Notes: generated by a model not told the origin, from the letters alone. 64,000 nt of DNA from the human T2T-CHM13v2.0 reference genome, Homo sapiens (GCF_009914755.1 NC_060943.1); one strand, 5' to 3'; positions 45,539-60,478 are shown, counted from the first letter of the stretch. Program-made: numbers and translations.

Positions 45539-47785
45539 GGGGTTTTCATCCCCTCCCCATCCGGAGCAGCCTCTTTGCTAGGCTGGATCCAGACGAGCGC
45601 TCCCCAACCAAGGACAACGGCCTCCCAGGCGCTCATCGTCCACCCGCAGGAGGGTGCCCGCAGAGCTTCAAGAAGGTGGTTGTCACGCCTGTCGCCCTCT
45701 GCCCTCATCGAGAAATGTAGCCACAGCTCGACGCAGGGACGGAGAAGGAAGCCGGCAAGGGGATGGGGCAAGCATGTCTGTCTCTCAAAGGCTGGCCTTC
45801 CTGGCCGAGTCACCCGTTTGACACTCCTCCCCGGATGCCGGTGGTGGTGGCATGGCCCCCCCGTATCCTGCCTGGGCTCTGGCCTCTGCTCTGACCTCCC
45901 TCTTGCTGTGTCTGCCCCGTCTCTGAGAAGCCTGGCGGCTTCTTAGTGTGGCTCAGTGTCTTCCACAAAGAAGACTTCCCCGTCCATCAGGGAGAAACCT
46001 CGTGGCGGTCCGCGTCATGATTGTTTCCCTCTCCACACCTCTTTCTGGATGATTGGGCAGCTGTGGTGATCCTGGAGCTCTGGGCTTCCATACCTGTGTG
46101 GGACAGGGAAGCTCTCTGGGTCTCCATGGCCCAAGTGATGGCTGCACGCTCGGTCCAGGAAGAGGCGGAGGCAAGCCCACCGCTCCTGACATTGGCCTTC
46201 TAGGAAAGGCGGTGTTGCATCCCACCTGCACTTCCTCTCTGATTCTTGAGGGCCAACCGCTTCCTCCGCTCCTGGGGAAAGTGCCTTCTAGCACCGAATC
46301 TTTTGGCTGCCACGGATGTCAGGGAGCCAACGGGACTGGGTTTTGGCTGGGTGCAGGGGAGGTTGCGTCAGGGGTACCTAGCCGGCGGCGGGCTGGGGGT
46401 GGGGTGTACTTTGTCCAAACCTCTCGGCTCCTCTGGCGGGCCTCCCTGAACGTGGCGTGGACTCGCGCACAGGCCCTGTCTCGCAGGTTTTCAGGTGCGC
46501 TTGGCTTTTCCTCCGCTTTGTGGGGCAGGTCTCCAGTGGCCCCCCGGGCGCACGCCTGGACATCACTGTCCGTCTCGTCGTCGCCCCCTACGGCCTCAAA
46601 GACACACGCTGCCTGCATGTGCTCTTGGGGGACGACAGTGCCACATGTGGACACGCTGGCTCCAGCTCGGACTCGCCTCTGTCTCTCTTTGCCCGTGTCG
46701 CCGGAAGCCGCCTCGGGTTGCCGGAGCCCTCGGGCCTTGGAGATGAAGGCAGGCCCCTGCTCCTGCCAGGAAGGAGGGAGGCAGTGGGCTCATGGGTCGG
46801 TGCCTTTGCAGCCGACAGCACGCCTTGCGGCCCTGGGGATCTTCCTGTGCCCCGGCGAGACCCTTTCCGCCTCACTGCATTGGAACCCCATTCCCGATCA
46901 CCCGCTGGGATCCATCATCGGACCCCAAGAGGAGTCCGCGCAGCCCAGCCGGCACCCCGAAGCTCCTCCTTCAGTGGGAACCGAAGCAGAAGAGCGATCA
47001 AGGAGGTCCTCACCACAGGACTCCTATGGGTCCGACCCTGGGTCTCCCGCAGGCCCCTCTGGCAGTCCTCTTCCCACCCGCCGCCTCGGGCTGCGCCTTC
47101 GCCGCCGCCGCCGCAACCTCCAGCACCGCCGCCCCAGGCCCCGCAGCCGCCGCGTCGCCGCCATTTTTTAAAGGGTCCGCAGCCTGACTCTGCGGAGTAA
47201 GGGGGGGTGGAGCGGGGGAGTCGGCCTCGCCAGCGCGCATGCGCGAGGCCCGAGCCGCCGCTTGGGTCACAGTGAAAGCCACCGTTGCCCGGGGATGGGT
47301 CCCTGACACTTGGGGAAGTAGGAGCCCTGTGTGATCGTGCGTCTGAGTCTGGGCTGAGACCAGTCCTGGCCAGGGCAGTTACCAGGACGGTCTCCGGAGG
47401 CCGGGATTCGCGGAGGGTCCAGCAGCAGGAAGAAACCCCAGGAGGAAGAAACCTCAGACAGATCGCCGGCGAGGCAGCGCGGGATCCCAGCCTCAGGCGT
47501 GCGCGGACGGTGTGCGGGTGAGTCTCCCCAAAAGTGGAGCCCTTGTGATGACGAGCACAGGTCCGCCTGCGTGCCCGTGGGCTGCTCTCTCACCGGTGGC
47601 TCTCAGTCGCGGAGAGCAGAACCCGGCAGCTTCAGGGGCTGCCTGCGGGAGGGTGTTCCCTGCTGTACGTGTGTGTTCGTCATGGGTGTGTGTGTGTGTG
47701 TGTTGGGGGGGGTGCGTCTGTGTGTGTGTCTGTGTGTGTGCGCGCGCAGTGCCTGTCTGTGTGCCGACTTCTGTCTCTCTCTCAC

Positions 47786-47830
<45 letters not shown>

Positions 47831-50320
47831 CCTTCTCGCTCTTTCCGTGGCCCTCTCTTTCTGTCTCTGTCCGTCTGTGTGTGCGTGCGCCTCGGGACAC
47901 ATGTGCCCTGTGCGCCGGAGGGTGGGTTTCTTGCACGTCGGCCTTTCTTCTGGTCAGCCTCTCCCCGCGTCTCTGCCTGGGTCGTGTGGCCGGTTGGCAG
48001 TCGTCGTCCCGGCGGTTCCAGTTTGGGGGTCTGTGAAGGCCTGGGCAACGTGGGCATCGGCGTCGGACCCGCAGGGGTTTTCATCCCCTCCCCATCCGGA
48101 GCAGCCTCTTTGCTAGGCTGGATCCAGACGAGCGCTCCCCAACCAAGGACAACGGCCTCCCAGGCGCTCATCGTCCACCCGCAGGAGGGTGCCCGCAGAG
48201 CTTCAAGAAGGTGGTTGTCACGCCTGTCGCCCTCTGCCCTCATCGAGAAATGTAGCCACAGCTCGACGCAGGGACGGAGAAGGAAGCCGGCAAGGGGATG
48301 GGGCAAGCATGTCTGTCTCTCAAAGGCTGGCCTTCCTGGCCGAGTCACCCGTTTGACACTCCTCCCCGGATGCCGGTGGTGGTGGCATGGCCCCCCCGTA
48401 TCCTGCCTGGGCTCTGGCCTCTGCTCTGACCTCCCTCTTGCTGTGTCTGCCCCGTCTCTGAGAAGCCTGGCGGCTTCTTAGTGTGGCTCAGTGTCTTCCA
48501 CAAAGAAGACTTCCCCGTCCATCAGGGAGAAACCTCGTGGCGGTCCGCGTCATGATTGTTTCCCTCTCCACACCTCTTTCTGGATGATTGGGCAGCTGTG
48601 GTGATCCTGGAGCTCTGGGCTTCCATACCTGTGTGGGACAGGGAAGCTCTCTCGGTCTCCATGGCCCAAGTGATGGCTGCACGCTCGGTCCAGGAAGAGG
48701 CGGAGGCAAGCCCACCGCTCCTGACATTGGCCTTCTAGGAAAGGCGGTGTTGCATCCCACCTGCACTTCCTCTCTGATTCTTGAGGGCCAACCGCTTCCT
48801 CCGCTCCTGGGGAAAGTGCCTTCTAGCACCGAATCTTTTGGCTGCCACGGATGTCAGGGAGCCAACGGGACTGGGTTTTGGCTGGGTGCAGGGGAGGTTG
48901 CGTCAGGGGTACCTAGCCGGCGGCGGGCTGGGGGTGGGGTGTACTTTGTCCAAACCTCTCGGCTCCTCTGGCGGGCCTCCCTGAACGTGGCGTGGACTCG
49001 CGCACAGGCCCTGTCTCGCAGGTTTTCAGGTGCGCTTGGCTTTTCCTCCGCTTTGTGGGGCAGGTCTCCAGTGGCCCCCCGGGCGCACGCCTGGACATCA
49101 CTGTCCGTCTCGTCGTCGCCCCCTACGGCCTCAAAGACACACGCTGCCTGCATGTGCTCTTGGGGGACGACAGTGCCACATGTGGACACGCTGGCTCCAG
49201 CTCGGACTCGCCTCTGTCTCTCTTTGCCCGTGTCGCCGGAAGCCGCCTCGGGTTGCCGGAGCCCTCGGGCCTTGGAGATGAAGGCAGGCCCCTGCTCCTG
49301 CCAGGAAGGAGGGAGGCAGTGGGCTCATGGGTCGGTGCCTTTGCAGCCGACAGCACGCCTTGCGGCCCTGGGGATCTTCCTGTGCCCCGGCGAGACCCTT
49401 TCCGCCTCACTGCATTGGAACCCCATTCCCGATCACCCGCTGGGATCCATCATCGGACCCCAAGAGGAGTCCGCGCAGCCCAGCCGGCACCCCGAAGCTC
49501 CTCCTTCAGTGGGAACCGAAGCAGAAGAGCGATCAAGGAGGTCCTCACCACAGGACTCCTATGGGTCCGACCCTGGGTCTCCCGCAGGCCCCTCTGGCAG
49601 TCCTCTTCCCACCCGCCGCCTCGGGCTGCGCCTTCGCCGCCGCCGCCGCAACCTCCAGCACCGCCGCCCCAGGCCCCGCAGCCGCCGCGTCGCCGCCATT
49701 TTTTAAAGGGTCCGCAGCCTGACTCTGCGGAGTAAGGGGGGGTGGAGCGGGGGAGTCGGTCTCGCCAGCGCGCATGCGCGAGGCCCGAGCCGCCGCTTGG
49801 GTCACAGTGAAAGCCACCGTTGCCCGGGGATGGGTCCCTGACACTTGGGGAAGTAGGAGCCCTGTGTGATCGTGCGTCTGAGTCTGGGCTGAGACCAGTC
49901 CTGGCCAGGGCAGTTACCAGGACGGTCTCCGGAGGCCGGGATTCGCGGAGGGTCCAGCAGCAGGAAGAAACCCCAGGAGGAAGAAACCTCAGACAGATCG
50001 CCGGCGAGGCAGCGCGGGATCCCAGCCTCAGGCGTGCGCGGACGGTGTGCGGGTGAGTCTCCCCAAAAGTGGAGCCCTTGTGATGACGAGCACAGGTCCG
50101 CCTGCGTGCCCGTGGGCTGCTCTCTCACCGGTGGCTCTCAGTCGCGGAGAGCAGAACCCGGCAGCTTCAGGGGCTGCCTGCGGGAGGGTGTTCCCTGCTG
50201 TACGTGTGTGTTCGTCATGGGTGTGTGTGTGTGTGTGTTGGGGGGGGTGCGTCTGTGTGTGTGTCTGTGTGTGTGCGCGCGCAGTGCCTGTCTGTGTGCC
50301 GACTTCTGTCTCTCTCTCAC

Positions 50321-50369
<49 letters not shown>

Positions 50370-52859
50370 CCTTCTCGCTCTTTCCGTGGCCCTCTCTTTC
50401 TGTCTCTGTCCGTCTGTGTGTGCGTGCGCCTCGGGACACATGTGCCCTGTGCGCCGGAGGGTGGGTTTCTTGCACGTCGGCCTTTCTTCTGGTCAGCCTC
50501 TCCCCGCGTCTCTGCCTGGGTCGTGTGGCCGGTTGGCAGTCGTCGTCCCGGCGGTTCCAGTTTGGGGGTCTGTGAAGGCCTGGGCAACGTGGGCATCGGC
50601 GTCGGACCCGCAGGGGTTTTCATCCCCTCCCCATCCGGAGCAGCCTCTTTGCTAGGCTGGATCCAGACGAGCGCTCCCCAACCAAGGACAACGGCCTCCC
50701 AGGCGCTCATCGTCCACCCGCAGGAGGGTGCCCGCAGAGCTTCAAGAAGGTGGTTGTCACGCCTGTCGCCCTCTGCCCTCATCGAGAAATGTAGCCACAG
50801 CTCGACGCAGGGACGGAGAAGGAAGCCGGCAAGGGGATGGGGCAAGCATGTCTGTCTCTCAAAGGCTGGCCTTCCTGGCCGAGTCACCCGTTTGACACTC
50901 CTCCCCGGATGCCGGTGGTGGTGGCATGGCCCCCCCGTATCCTGCCTGGGCTCTGGCCTCTGCTCTGACCTCCCTCTTGCTGTGTCTGCCCCGTCTCTGA
51001 GAAGCCTGGCGGCTTCTTAGTGTGGCTCAGTGTCTTCCACAAAGAAGACTTCCCCGTCCATCAGGGAGAAACCTCGTGGCGGTCCGCGTCATGATTGTTT
51101 CCCTCTCCACACCTCTTTCTGGATGATTGGGCAGCTGTGGTGATCCTGGAGCTCTGGGCTTCCATACCTGTGTGGGACAGGGAAGCTCTCTCGGTCTCCA
51201 TGGCCCAAGTGATGGCTGCACGCTCGGTCCAGGAAGAGGCGGAGGCAAGCCCACCGCTCCTGACATTGGCCTTCTAGGAAAGGCGGTGTTGCATCCCACC
51301 TGCACTTCCTCTCTGATTCTTGAGGGCCAACCGCTTCCTCCGCTCCTGGGGAAAGTGCCTTCTAGCACCGAATCTTTTGGCTGCCACGGATGTCAGGGAG
51401 CCAACGGGACTGGGTTTTGGCTGGGTGCAGGGGAGGTTGCGTCAGGGGTACCTAGCCGGCGGCGGGCTGGGGGTGGGGTGTACTTTGTCCAAACCTCTCG
51501 GCTCCTCTGGCGGGCCTCCCTGAACGTGGCGTGGACTCGCGCACAGGCCCTGTCTCGCAGGTTTTCAGGTGCGCTTGGCTTTTCCTCCGCTTTGTGGGGC
51601 AGGTCTCCAGTGGCCCCCCGGGCGCACGCCTGGACATCACTGTCCGTCTCGTCGTCGCCCCCTACGGCCTCAAAGACACACGCTGCCTGCATGTGCTCTT
51701 GGGGGACGACAGTGCCACATGTGGACACACTGGCTCCAGCTCGGACTCGCCTCTGTCTCTCTTTGCCCGTGTCGCCGGAAGCCGCCTCGGGTTGCCGGAG
51801 CCCTCGGGCCTTGGAGATGAAGGCAGGCCCCTGCTCCTGCCAGGAAGGAGGGAGGCAGTGGGCTCATGGGTCGGTGCCTTTGCAGCCGACAGCACGCCTT
51901 GCGGCCCTGGGGATCTTCCTGTGCCCCGGCGAGACCCTTTCCGCCTCACTGCATTGGAACCCCATTCCCGATCACCCGCTGGGATCCATCATCGGACCCC
52001 AAGAGGAGTCCGCGCAGCCCAGCCGGCACCCCGAAGCTCCTCCTTCAGTGGGAACCGAAGCAGAAGAGCGATCAAGGAGGTCCTCACCACAGGACTCCTA
52101 TGGGTCCGACCCTGGGTCTCCCGCAGGCCCCTCTGGCAGTCCTCTTCCCACCCGCCGCCTCGGGCTGCGCCTTCGCCGCCGCCGCCGCAACCTCCAGCAC
52201 CGCCGCCCCAGGCCCCGCAGCCGCCGCGTCGCCGCCATTTTTTAAAGGGTCCGCAGCCTGACTCTGCGGAGTAAGGGGGGGTGGAGCGGGGGAGTCGGCC
52301 TCGCCAGCGCGCATGCGCGAGGCCCGAGCCGCCGCTTGGGTCACAGTGAAAGCCACCGTTGCCCGGGGATGGGTCCCTGACACTTGGGGAAGTAGGAGCC
52401 CTGTGTGATCGTGCGTCTGAGTCTGGGCTGAGACCAGTCCTGGCCAGGGCAGTTACCAGGACGGTCTCCGGAGGCCGGGATTCGCGGAGGGTCCAGCAGC
52501 AGGAAGAAACCCCAGGAGGAAGAAACCTCAGACAGATCGCCGGCGAGGCAGCGCGGGATCCCAGCCTCAGGCGTGCGCGGACGGTGTGCGGGTGAGTCTC
52601 CCCAAAAGTGGAGCCCTTGTGATGACGAGCACAGGTCCGCCTGCGTGCCCGTGGGCTGCTCTCTCACCGGTGGCTCTCAGTCGCGGAGAGCAGAACCCGG
52701 CAGCTTCAGGGGCTGCCTGCGGGAGGGTGTTCCCTGCTGTACGTGTGTGTTCGTCATGGGTGTGTGTGTGTGTGTGTTGGGGGGGGTGCGTCTGTGTGTG
52801 TGTCTGTGTGTGTGCACGCGCAGTGCCTGTCTGTGTGCCGACTTCTGTCTCTCTCTCAC

Positions 52860-52896
<37 letters not shown>

Positions 52897-55396
52897 TCCC
52901 TCTCTCCCTTCTCGCTCTTTCCGTGGCCCTCTCTTTCTGTCTCTGTCCGTCTGTGTGTGCGTGCGCCTCGGGACACATGTGCCCTGTGCGCCGGAGGGTG
53001 GGTTTCTTGCACGTCGGCCTTTCTTCTGGTCAGCCTCTCCCCGCGTCTCTGTCTGGGTCGTGTGGCCGGTTGGCAGTCGTCGTCCCGGCGGTTCCAGTTT
53101 GGGGGTCTGTGAAGGCCTGGGCAACGTGGGCATCGGCGTCGGACCCGCAGGGGTTTTCATCCCCTCCCCATCCGGAGCAGCCTCTTTGCTAGGCTGGATC
53201 CAGACGAGCGCTCCCCAACCAAGGACAACGGCCTCCCAGGCGCTCATCGTCCACCCGCAGGAGGGTGCCCGCAGAGCTTCAAGAAGGTGGTTGTCACGCC
53301 TGTCGCCCTCTGCCCTCATCGAGAAATGTAGCCACAGCTCGACGCAGGGACGGAGAAGGAAGCCGGCAAGGGGATGGGGCAAGCATGTCTGTCTCTCAAA
53401 GGCTGGCCTTCCTGGCCGAGTCACCCGTTTGACACTCCTCCCCGGATGCCGGTGGTGGTGGCATGGCCCCCCCGTATCCTGCCTGGGCTCTGGCCTCTGC
53501 TCTGACCTCCCTCTTGCTGTGTCTGCCCCGTCTCTGAGAAGCCTGGCGGCTTCTTAGTGTGGCTCAGTGTCTTCCACAAAGAAGACTTCCCCGTCCATCA
53601 GGGAGAAACCTCGTGGCGGTCCGCGTCATGATTGTTTCCCTCTCCACACCTCTTTCTGGATGATTGGGCAGCTGTGGTGATCCTGGAGCTCTGGGCTTCC
53701 ATACCTGTGTGGGACAGGGAAGCTCTCTGGGTCTCCATGGCCCAAGTGATGGCTGCACGCTCGGTCCAGGAAGAGGCGGAGGCAAGCCCACCGCTCCTGA
53801 CATTGGCCTTCTAGGAAAGGCGGTGTTGCATCCCACCTGCACTTCCTCTCTGATTCTTGAGGGCCAACCGCTTCCTCCGCTCCTGGGGAAAGTGCCTTCT
53901 AGCACCGAATCTTTTGGCTGCCACGGATGTCAGGGAGCCAACGGGACTGGGTTTTGGCTGGGTGCAGGGGAGGTTGCGTCAGGGGTACCTAGCCGGCGGC
54001 GGGCTGGGGGTGGGGTGTACTTTGTCCAAACCTCTCGGCTCCTCTGGCGGGCCTCCCTGAACGTGGCGTGGACTCGCGCACAGGCCCTGTCTCGCAGGTT
54101 TTCAGGTGCGCTTGGCTTTTCCTCCGCTTTGTGGGGCAGGTCTCCAGTGGCCCCCCGGGCGCACGCCTGGACATCACTGTCCGTCTCGTCGTCGCCCCCT
54201 ACGGCCTCAAAGACACACGCTGCCTGCATGTGCTCTTGGGGGACGACAGTGCCACATGTGGACACGCTGGCTCCAGCTCGGACTCGCCTCTGTCTCTCTT
54301 TGCCCGTGTCGCCGGAAGCCGCCTCGGGTTGCCGGAGCCCTCGGGCCTTGGAGATGAAGGCAGGCCCCTGCTCCTGCCAGGAAGGAGGGAGGCAGTGGGC
54401 TCATGGGTCGGTGCCTTTGCAGCCGACAGCACGCCTTGCGGCCCTGGGGATCTTCCTGTGCCCCGGCGAGACCCTTTCCGCCTCACTGCATTGGAACCCC
54501 ATTCCCGATCACCCGCTGGGATCCATCATCGGACCCCAAGAGGAGTCCGCGCAGCCCAGCCGGCACCCCGAAGCTCCTCCTTCAGTGGGAACCGAAGCAG
54601 AAGAGCGATCAAGGAGGTCCTCACCACAGGACTCCTATGGGTCCGACCCTGGGTCTCCCGCAGGCCCCTCTGGCAGTCCTCTTCCCACCCGCCGCCTCGG
54701 GCTGCGCCTTCGCCGCCGCCGCCGCAACCTCCAGCACCGCCGCCCCAGGCCCCGCAGCCGCCGCGTCGCCGCCATTTTTTAAAGGGTCCGCAGCCTGACT
54801 CTGCGGAGTAAGGGGGGGTGGAGCGGGGGAGTCGGCCTCGCCAGCGCGCATGCGCGAGGCCCGAGCCGCCGCTTGGGTCACAGTGAAAGCCACCGTTGCC
54901 CGGGGATGGGTCCCTGACACTTGGGGAAGTAGGAGCCCTGTGTGATCGTGCGTCTGAGTCTGGGCTGAGACCAGTCCTGGCCAGGGCAGTTACCAGGACG
55001 GTCTCCGGAGGCCGGGATTCGCGGAGGGTCCAGCAGCAGGAAGAAACCCCAGGAGGAAGAAACCTCAGACAGATCGCCGGCGAGGCAGCGCGGGATCCCA
55101 GCCTCAGGCGTGCGCGGACGGTGTGCGGGTGAGTCTCCCCAAAAGTGGAGCCCTTGTGATGACGAGCACAGGTCCGCCTGCGTGCCCGTGGGCTGCTCTC
55201 TCACCGGTGGCTCTCAGTCGCGGAGAGCAGAACCCGGCAGCTTCAGGGGCTGCCTGCGGGAGGGTGTTCCCTGCTGTACGTGTGTGTTCGTCATGGGTGT
55301 GTGTGTGTGTGTGTTGGGGGGGGTGCGTCTGTGTGTGTGTCTGTGTGTGTGCGCGCGCAGTGCCTGTCTGTGTGCCGACTTCTGTCTCTCTCTCAC

Positions 55397-55445
<49 letters not shown>

Positions 55446-57935
55446 CCTTCTCGCTCTTTCCGTGGCCCTCTCTTTCTGTCTCTGTCCGTCTGTGTGTGCG
55501 TGCGCCTCGGGACACATGTGCCCTGTGCGCCGGAGGGTGGGTTTCTTGCACGTCGGCCTTTCTTCTGGTCAGCCTCTCCCCGCGTCTCTGCCTGGGTCGT
55601 GTGGCCGGTTGGCAGTCGTCGTCCCGGCGGTTCCAGTTTGGGGGTCTGTGAAGGCCTGGGCAACGTGGGCATCGGCGTCGGACCCGCAGGGGTTTTCATC
55701 CCCTCCCCATCCGGAGCAGCCTCTTTGCTAGGCTGGATCCAGACGAGCGCTCCCCAACCAAGGACAACGGCCTCCCAGGCGCTCATCGTCCACCCGCAGG
55801 AGGGTGCCCGCAGAGCTTCAAGAAGGTGGTTGTCACGCCTGTCGCCCTCTGCCCTCATCGAGAAATGTAGCCACAGCTCGACGCAGGGACGGAGAAGGAA
55901 GCCGGCAAGGGGATGGGGCAAGCATGTCTGTCTCTCAAAGGCTGGCCTTCCTGGCCGAGTCACCCGTTTGACACTCCTCCCCGGATGCCGGTGGTGGTGG
56001 CATGGCCCCCCCGTATCCTGCCTGGGCTCTGGCCTCTGCTCTGACCTCCCTCTTGCTGTGTCTGCCCCGTCTCTGAGAAGCCTGGCGGCTTCTTAGTGTG
56101 GCTCAGTGTCTTCCACAAAGAAGACTTCCCCGTCCATCAGGGAGAAACCTCGTGGCGGTCCGCGTCATGATTGTTTCCCTCTCCACACCTCTTTCTGGAT
56201 GATTGGGCAGCTGTGGTGATCCTGGAGCTCTGGGCTTCCATACCTGTGTGGGACAGGGAAGCTCTCTCGGTCTCCATGGCCCAAGTGATGGCTGCACGCT
56301 CGGTCCAGGAAGAGGCGGAGGCAAGCCCACCGCTCCTGACATTGGCCTTCTAGGAAAGGCGGTGTTGCATCCCACCTGCACTTCCTCTCTGATTCTTGAG
56401 GGCCAACCGCTTCCTCCGCTCCTGGGGAAAGTGCCTTCTAGCACCGAATCTTTTGGCTGCCACGGATGTCAGGGAGCCAACGGGACTGGGTTTTGGCTGG
56501 GTGCAGGGGAGGTTGCGTCAGGGGTACCTAGCCGGCGGCGGGCTGGGGGTGGGGTGTACTTTGTCCAAACCTCTCGGCTCCTCTGGCGGGCCTCCCTGAA
56601 CGTGGCGTGGACTCGCGCACAGGCCCTGTCTCGCAGGTTTTCAGGTGCGCTTGGCTTTTCCTCCGCTTTGTGGGGCAGGTCTCCAGTGGCCCCCCGGGCG
56701 CACGCCTGGACATCACTGTCCGTCTCGTCGTCGCCCCCTACGGCCTCAAAGACACACGCTGCCTGCATGTGCTCTTGGGGGACGACAGTGCCACATGTGG
56801 ACACGCTGGCTCCAGCTCGGACTCGCCTCTGTCTCTCTTTGCCCGTGTCGCCGGAAGCCGCCTCGGGTTGCCGGAGCCCTCGGGCCTTGGAGATGAAGGC
56901 AGGCCCCTGCTCCTGCCAGGAAGGAGGGAGGCAGTGGGCTCATGGGTCGGTGCCTTTGCAGCCGACAGCACGCCTTGCGGCCCTGGGGATCTTCCTGTGC
57001 CCCGGCGAGACCCTTTCCGCCTCACTGCATTGGAACCCCATTCCCGATCACCCGCTGGGATCCATCATCGGACCCCAAGAGGAGTCCGCGCAGCCCAGCC
57101 GGCACCCCGAAGCTCCTCCTTCAGTGGGAACCGAAGCAGAAGAGCGATCAAGGAGGTCCTCACCACAGGACTCCTATGGGTCCGACCCTGGGTCTCCCGC
57201 AGGCCCCTCTGGCAGTCCTCTTCCCACCCGCCGCCTCGGGCTGCGCCTTCGCCGCCGCCGCCGCAACCTCCAGCACCGCCGCCCCAGGCCCCGCAGCCGC
57301 CGCGTCGCCGCCATTTTTTAAAGGGTCCGCAGCCTGACTCTGCGGAGTAAGGGGGGGTGGAGCGGGGGAGTCGGTCTCGCCAGCGCGCATGCGCGAGGCC
57401 CGAGCCGCCGCTTGGGTCACAGTGAAAGCCACCGTTGCCCGGGGATGGGTCCCTGACACTTGGGGAAGTAGGAGCCCTGTGTGATCGTGCGTCTGAGTCT
57501 GGGCTGAGACCAGTCCTGGCCAGGGCAGTTACCAGGACGGTCTCCGGAGGCCGGGATTCGCGGAGGGTCCAGCAGCAGGAAGAAACCCCAGGAGGAAGAA
57601 ACCTCAGACAGATCGCCGGCGAGGCAGCGCGGGATCCCAGCCTCAGGCGTGCGCGGACGGTGTGCGGGTGAGTCTCCCCAAAAGTGGAGCCCTTGTGATG
57701 ACGAGCACAGGTCCGCCTGCGTGCCCGTGGGCTGCTCTCTCACCGGTGGCTCTCAGTCGCGGAGAGCAGAACCCGGCAGCTTCAGGGGCTGCCTGCGGGA
57801 GGGTGTTCCCTGCTGTACGTGTGTGTTCGTCATGGGTGTGTGTGTGTGTGTGTTGGGGGGGGTGCGTCTGTGTGTGTGTCTGTGTGTGTGCGCGCGCAGT
57901 GCCTGTCTGTGTGCCGACTTCTGTCTCTCTCTCAC

Positions 57936-57988
<53 letters not shown>

Positions 57989-60478
57989 CCTTCTCGCTCT
58001 TTCCGTGGCCCTCTCTTTCTGTCTCTGTCCGTCTGTGTGTGCGTGCGCCTCGGGACACATGTGCCCTGTGCGCCGGAGGGTGGGTTTCTTGCACGTCGGC
58101 CTTTCTTCTGGTCAGCCTCTCCCCGCGTCTCTGCCTGGGTCGTGTGGCCGGTTGGCAGTCGTCGTCCCGGCGGTTCCAGTTTGGGGGTCTGTGAAGGCCT
58201 GGGCAACGTGGGCATCGGCGTCGGACCCGCAGGGGTTTTCATCCCCTCCCCATCCGGAGCAGCCTCTTTGCTAGGCTGGATCCAGACGAGCGCTCCCCAA
58301 CCAAGGACAACGGCCTCCCAGGCGCTCATCGTCCACCCGCAGGAGGGTGCCCGCAGAGCTTCAAGAAGGTGGTTGTCACGCCTGTCGCCCTCTGCCCTCA
58401 TCGAGAAATGTAGCCACAGCTCGACGCAGGGACGGAGAAGGAAGCCGGCAAGGGGATGGGGCAAGCATGTCTGTCTCTCAAAGGCTGGCCTTCCTGGCCG
58501 AGTCACCCGTTTGACACTCCTCCCCGGATGCCGGTGGTGGTGGCATGGCCCCCCCGTATCCTGCCTGGGCTCTGGCCTCTGCTCTGACCTCCCTCTTGCT
58601 GTGTCTGCCCCGTCTCTGAGAAGCCTGGCGGCTTCTTAGTGTGGCTCAGTGTCTTCCACAAAGAAGACTTCCCCGTCCATCAGGGAGAAACCTCGTGGCG
58701 GTCCGCGTCATGATTGTTTCCCTCTCCACACCTCTTTCTGGATGATTGGGCAGCTGTGGTGATCCTGGAGCTCTGGGCTTCCATACCTGTGTGGGACAGG
58801 GAAGCTCTCTCGGTCTCCATGGCCCAAGTGATGGCTGCACGCTCGGTCCAGGAAGAGGCGGAGGCAAGCCCACCGCTCCTGACATTGGCCTTCTAGGAAA
58901 GGCGGTGTTGCATCCCACCTGCACTTCCTCTCTGATTCTTGAGGGCCAACCGCTTCCTCCGCTCCTGGGGAAAGTGCCTTCTAGCACCGAATCTTTTGGC
59001 TGCCACGGATGTCAGGGAGCCAACGGGACTGGGTTTTGGCTGGGTGCAGGGGAGGTTGCGTCAGGGGTACCTAGCCGGCGGCGGGCTGGGGGTGGGGTGT
59101 ACTTTGTCCAAACCTCTCGGCTCCTCTGGCGGGCCTCCCTGAACGTGGCGTGGACTCGCGCACAGGCCCTGTCTCGCAGGTTTTCAGGTGCGCTTGGCTT
59201 TTCCTCCGCTTTGTGGGGCAGGTCTCCAGTGGCCCCCCGGGCGCACGCCTGGACATCACTGTCCGTCTCGTCGTCGCCCCCTACGGCCTCAAAGACACAC
59301 GCTGCCTGCATGTGCTCTTGGGGGACGACAGTGCCACATGTGGACACACTGGCTCCAGCTCGGACTCGCCTCTGTCTCTCTTTGCCCGTGTCGCCGGAAG
59401 CCGCCTCGGGTTGCCGGAGCCCTCGGGCCTTGGAGATGAAGGCAGGCCCCTGCTCCTGCCAGGAAGGAGGGAGGCAGTGGGCTCATGGGTCGGTGCCTTT
59501 GCAGCCGACAGCACGCCTTGCGGCCCTGGGGATCTTCCTGTGCCCCGGCGAGACCCTTTCCGCCTCACTGCATTGGAACCCCATTCCCGATCACCCGCTG
59601 GGATCCATCATCGGACCCCAAGAGGAGTCCGCGCAGCCCAGCCGGCACCCCGAAGCTCCTCCTTCAGTGGGAACCGAAGCAGAAGAGCGATCAAGGAGGT
59701 CCTCACCACAGGACTCCTATGGGTCCGACCCTGGGTCTCCCGCAGGCCCCTCTGGCAGTCCTCTTCCCACCCGCCGCCTCGGGCTGCGCCTTCGCCGCCG
59801 CCGCCGCAACCTCCAGCACCGCCGCCCCAGGCCCCGCAGCCGCCGCGTCGCCGCCATTTTTTAAAGGGTCCGCAGCCTGACTCTGCGGAGTAAGGGGGGG
59901 TGGAGCGGGGGAGTCGGCCTCGCCAGCGCGCATGCGCGAGGCCCGAGCCGCCGCTTGGGTCACAGTGAAAGCCACCGTTGCCCGGGGATGGGTCCCTGAC
60001 ACTTGGGGAAGTAGGAGCCCTGTGTGATCGTGCGTCTGAGTCTGGGCTGAGACCAGTCCTGGCCAGGGCAGTTACCAGGACGGTCTCCGGAGGCCGGGAT
60101 TCGCGGAGGGTCCAGCAGCAGGAAGAAACCCCAGGAGGAAGAAACCTCAGACAGATCGCCGGCGAGGCAGCGCGGGATCCCAGCCTCAGGCGTGCGCGGA
60201 CGGTGTGCGGGTGAGTCTCCCCAAAAGTGGAGCCCTTGTGATGACGAGCACAGGTCCGCCTGCGTGCCCGTGGGCTGCTCTCTCACCGGTGGCTCTCAGT
60301 CGCGGAGAGCAGAACCCGGCAGCTTCAGGGGCTGCCTGCGGGAGGGTGTTCCCTGCTGTACGTGTGTGTTCGTCATGGGTGTGTGTGTGTGTGTGTTGGG
60401 GGGGGTGCGTCTGTGTGTGTGTCTGTGTGTGTGCACGCGCAGTGCCTGTCTGTGTGCCGACTTCTGTCTCTCTCTCAC

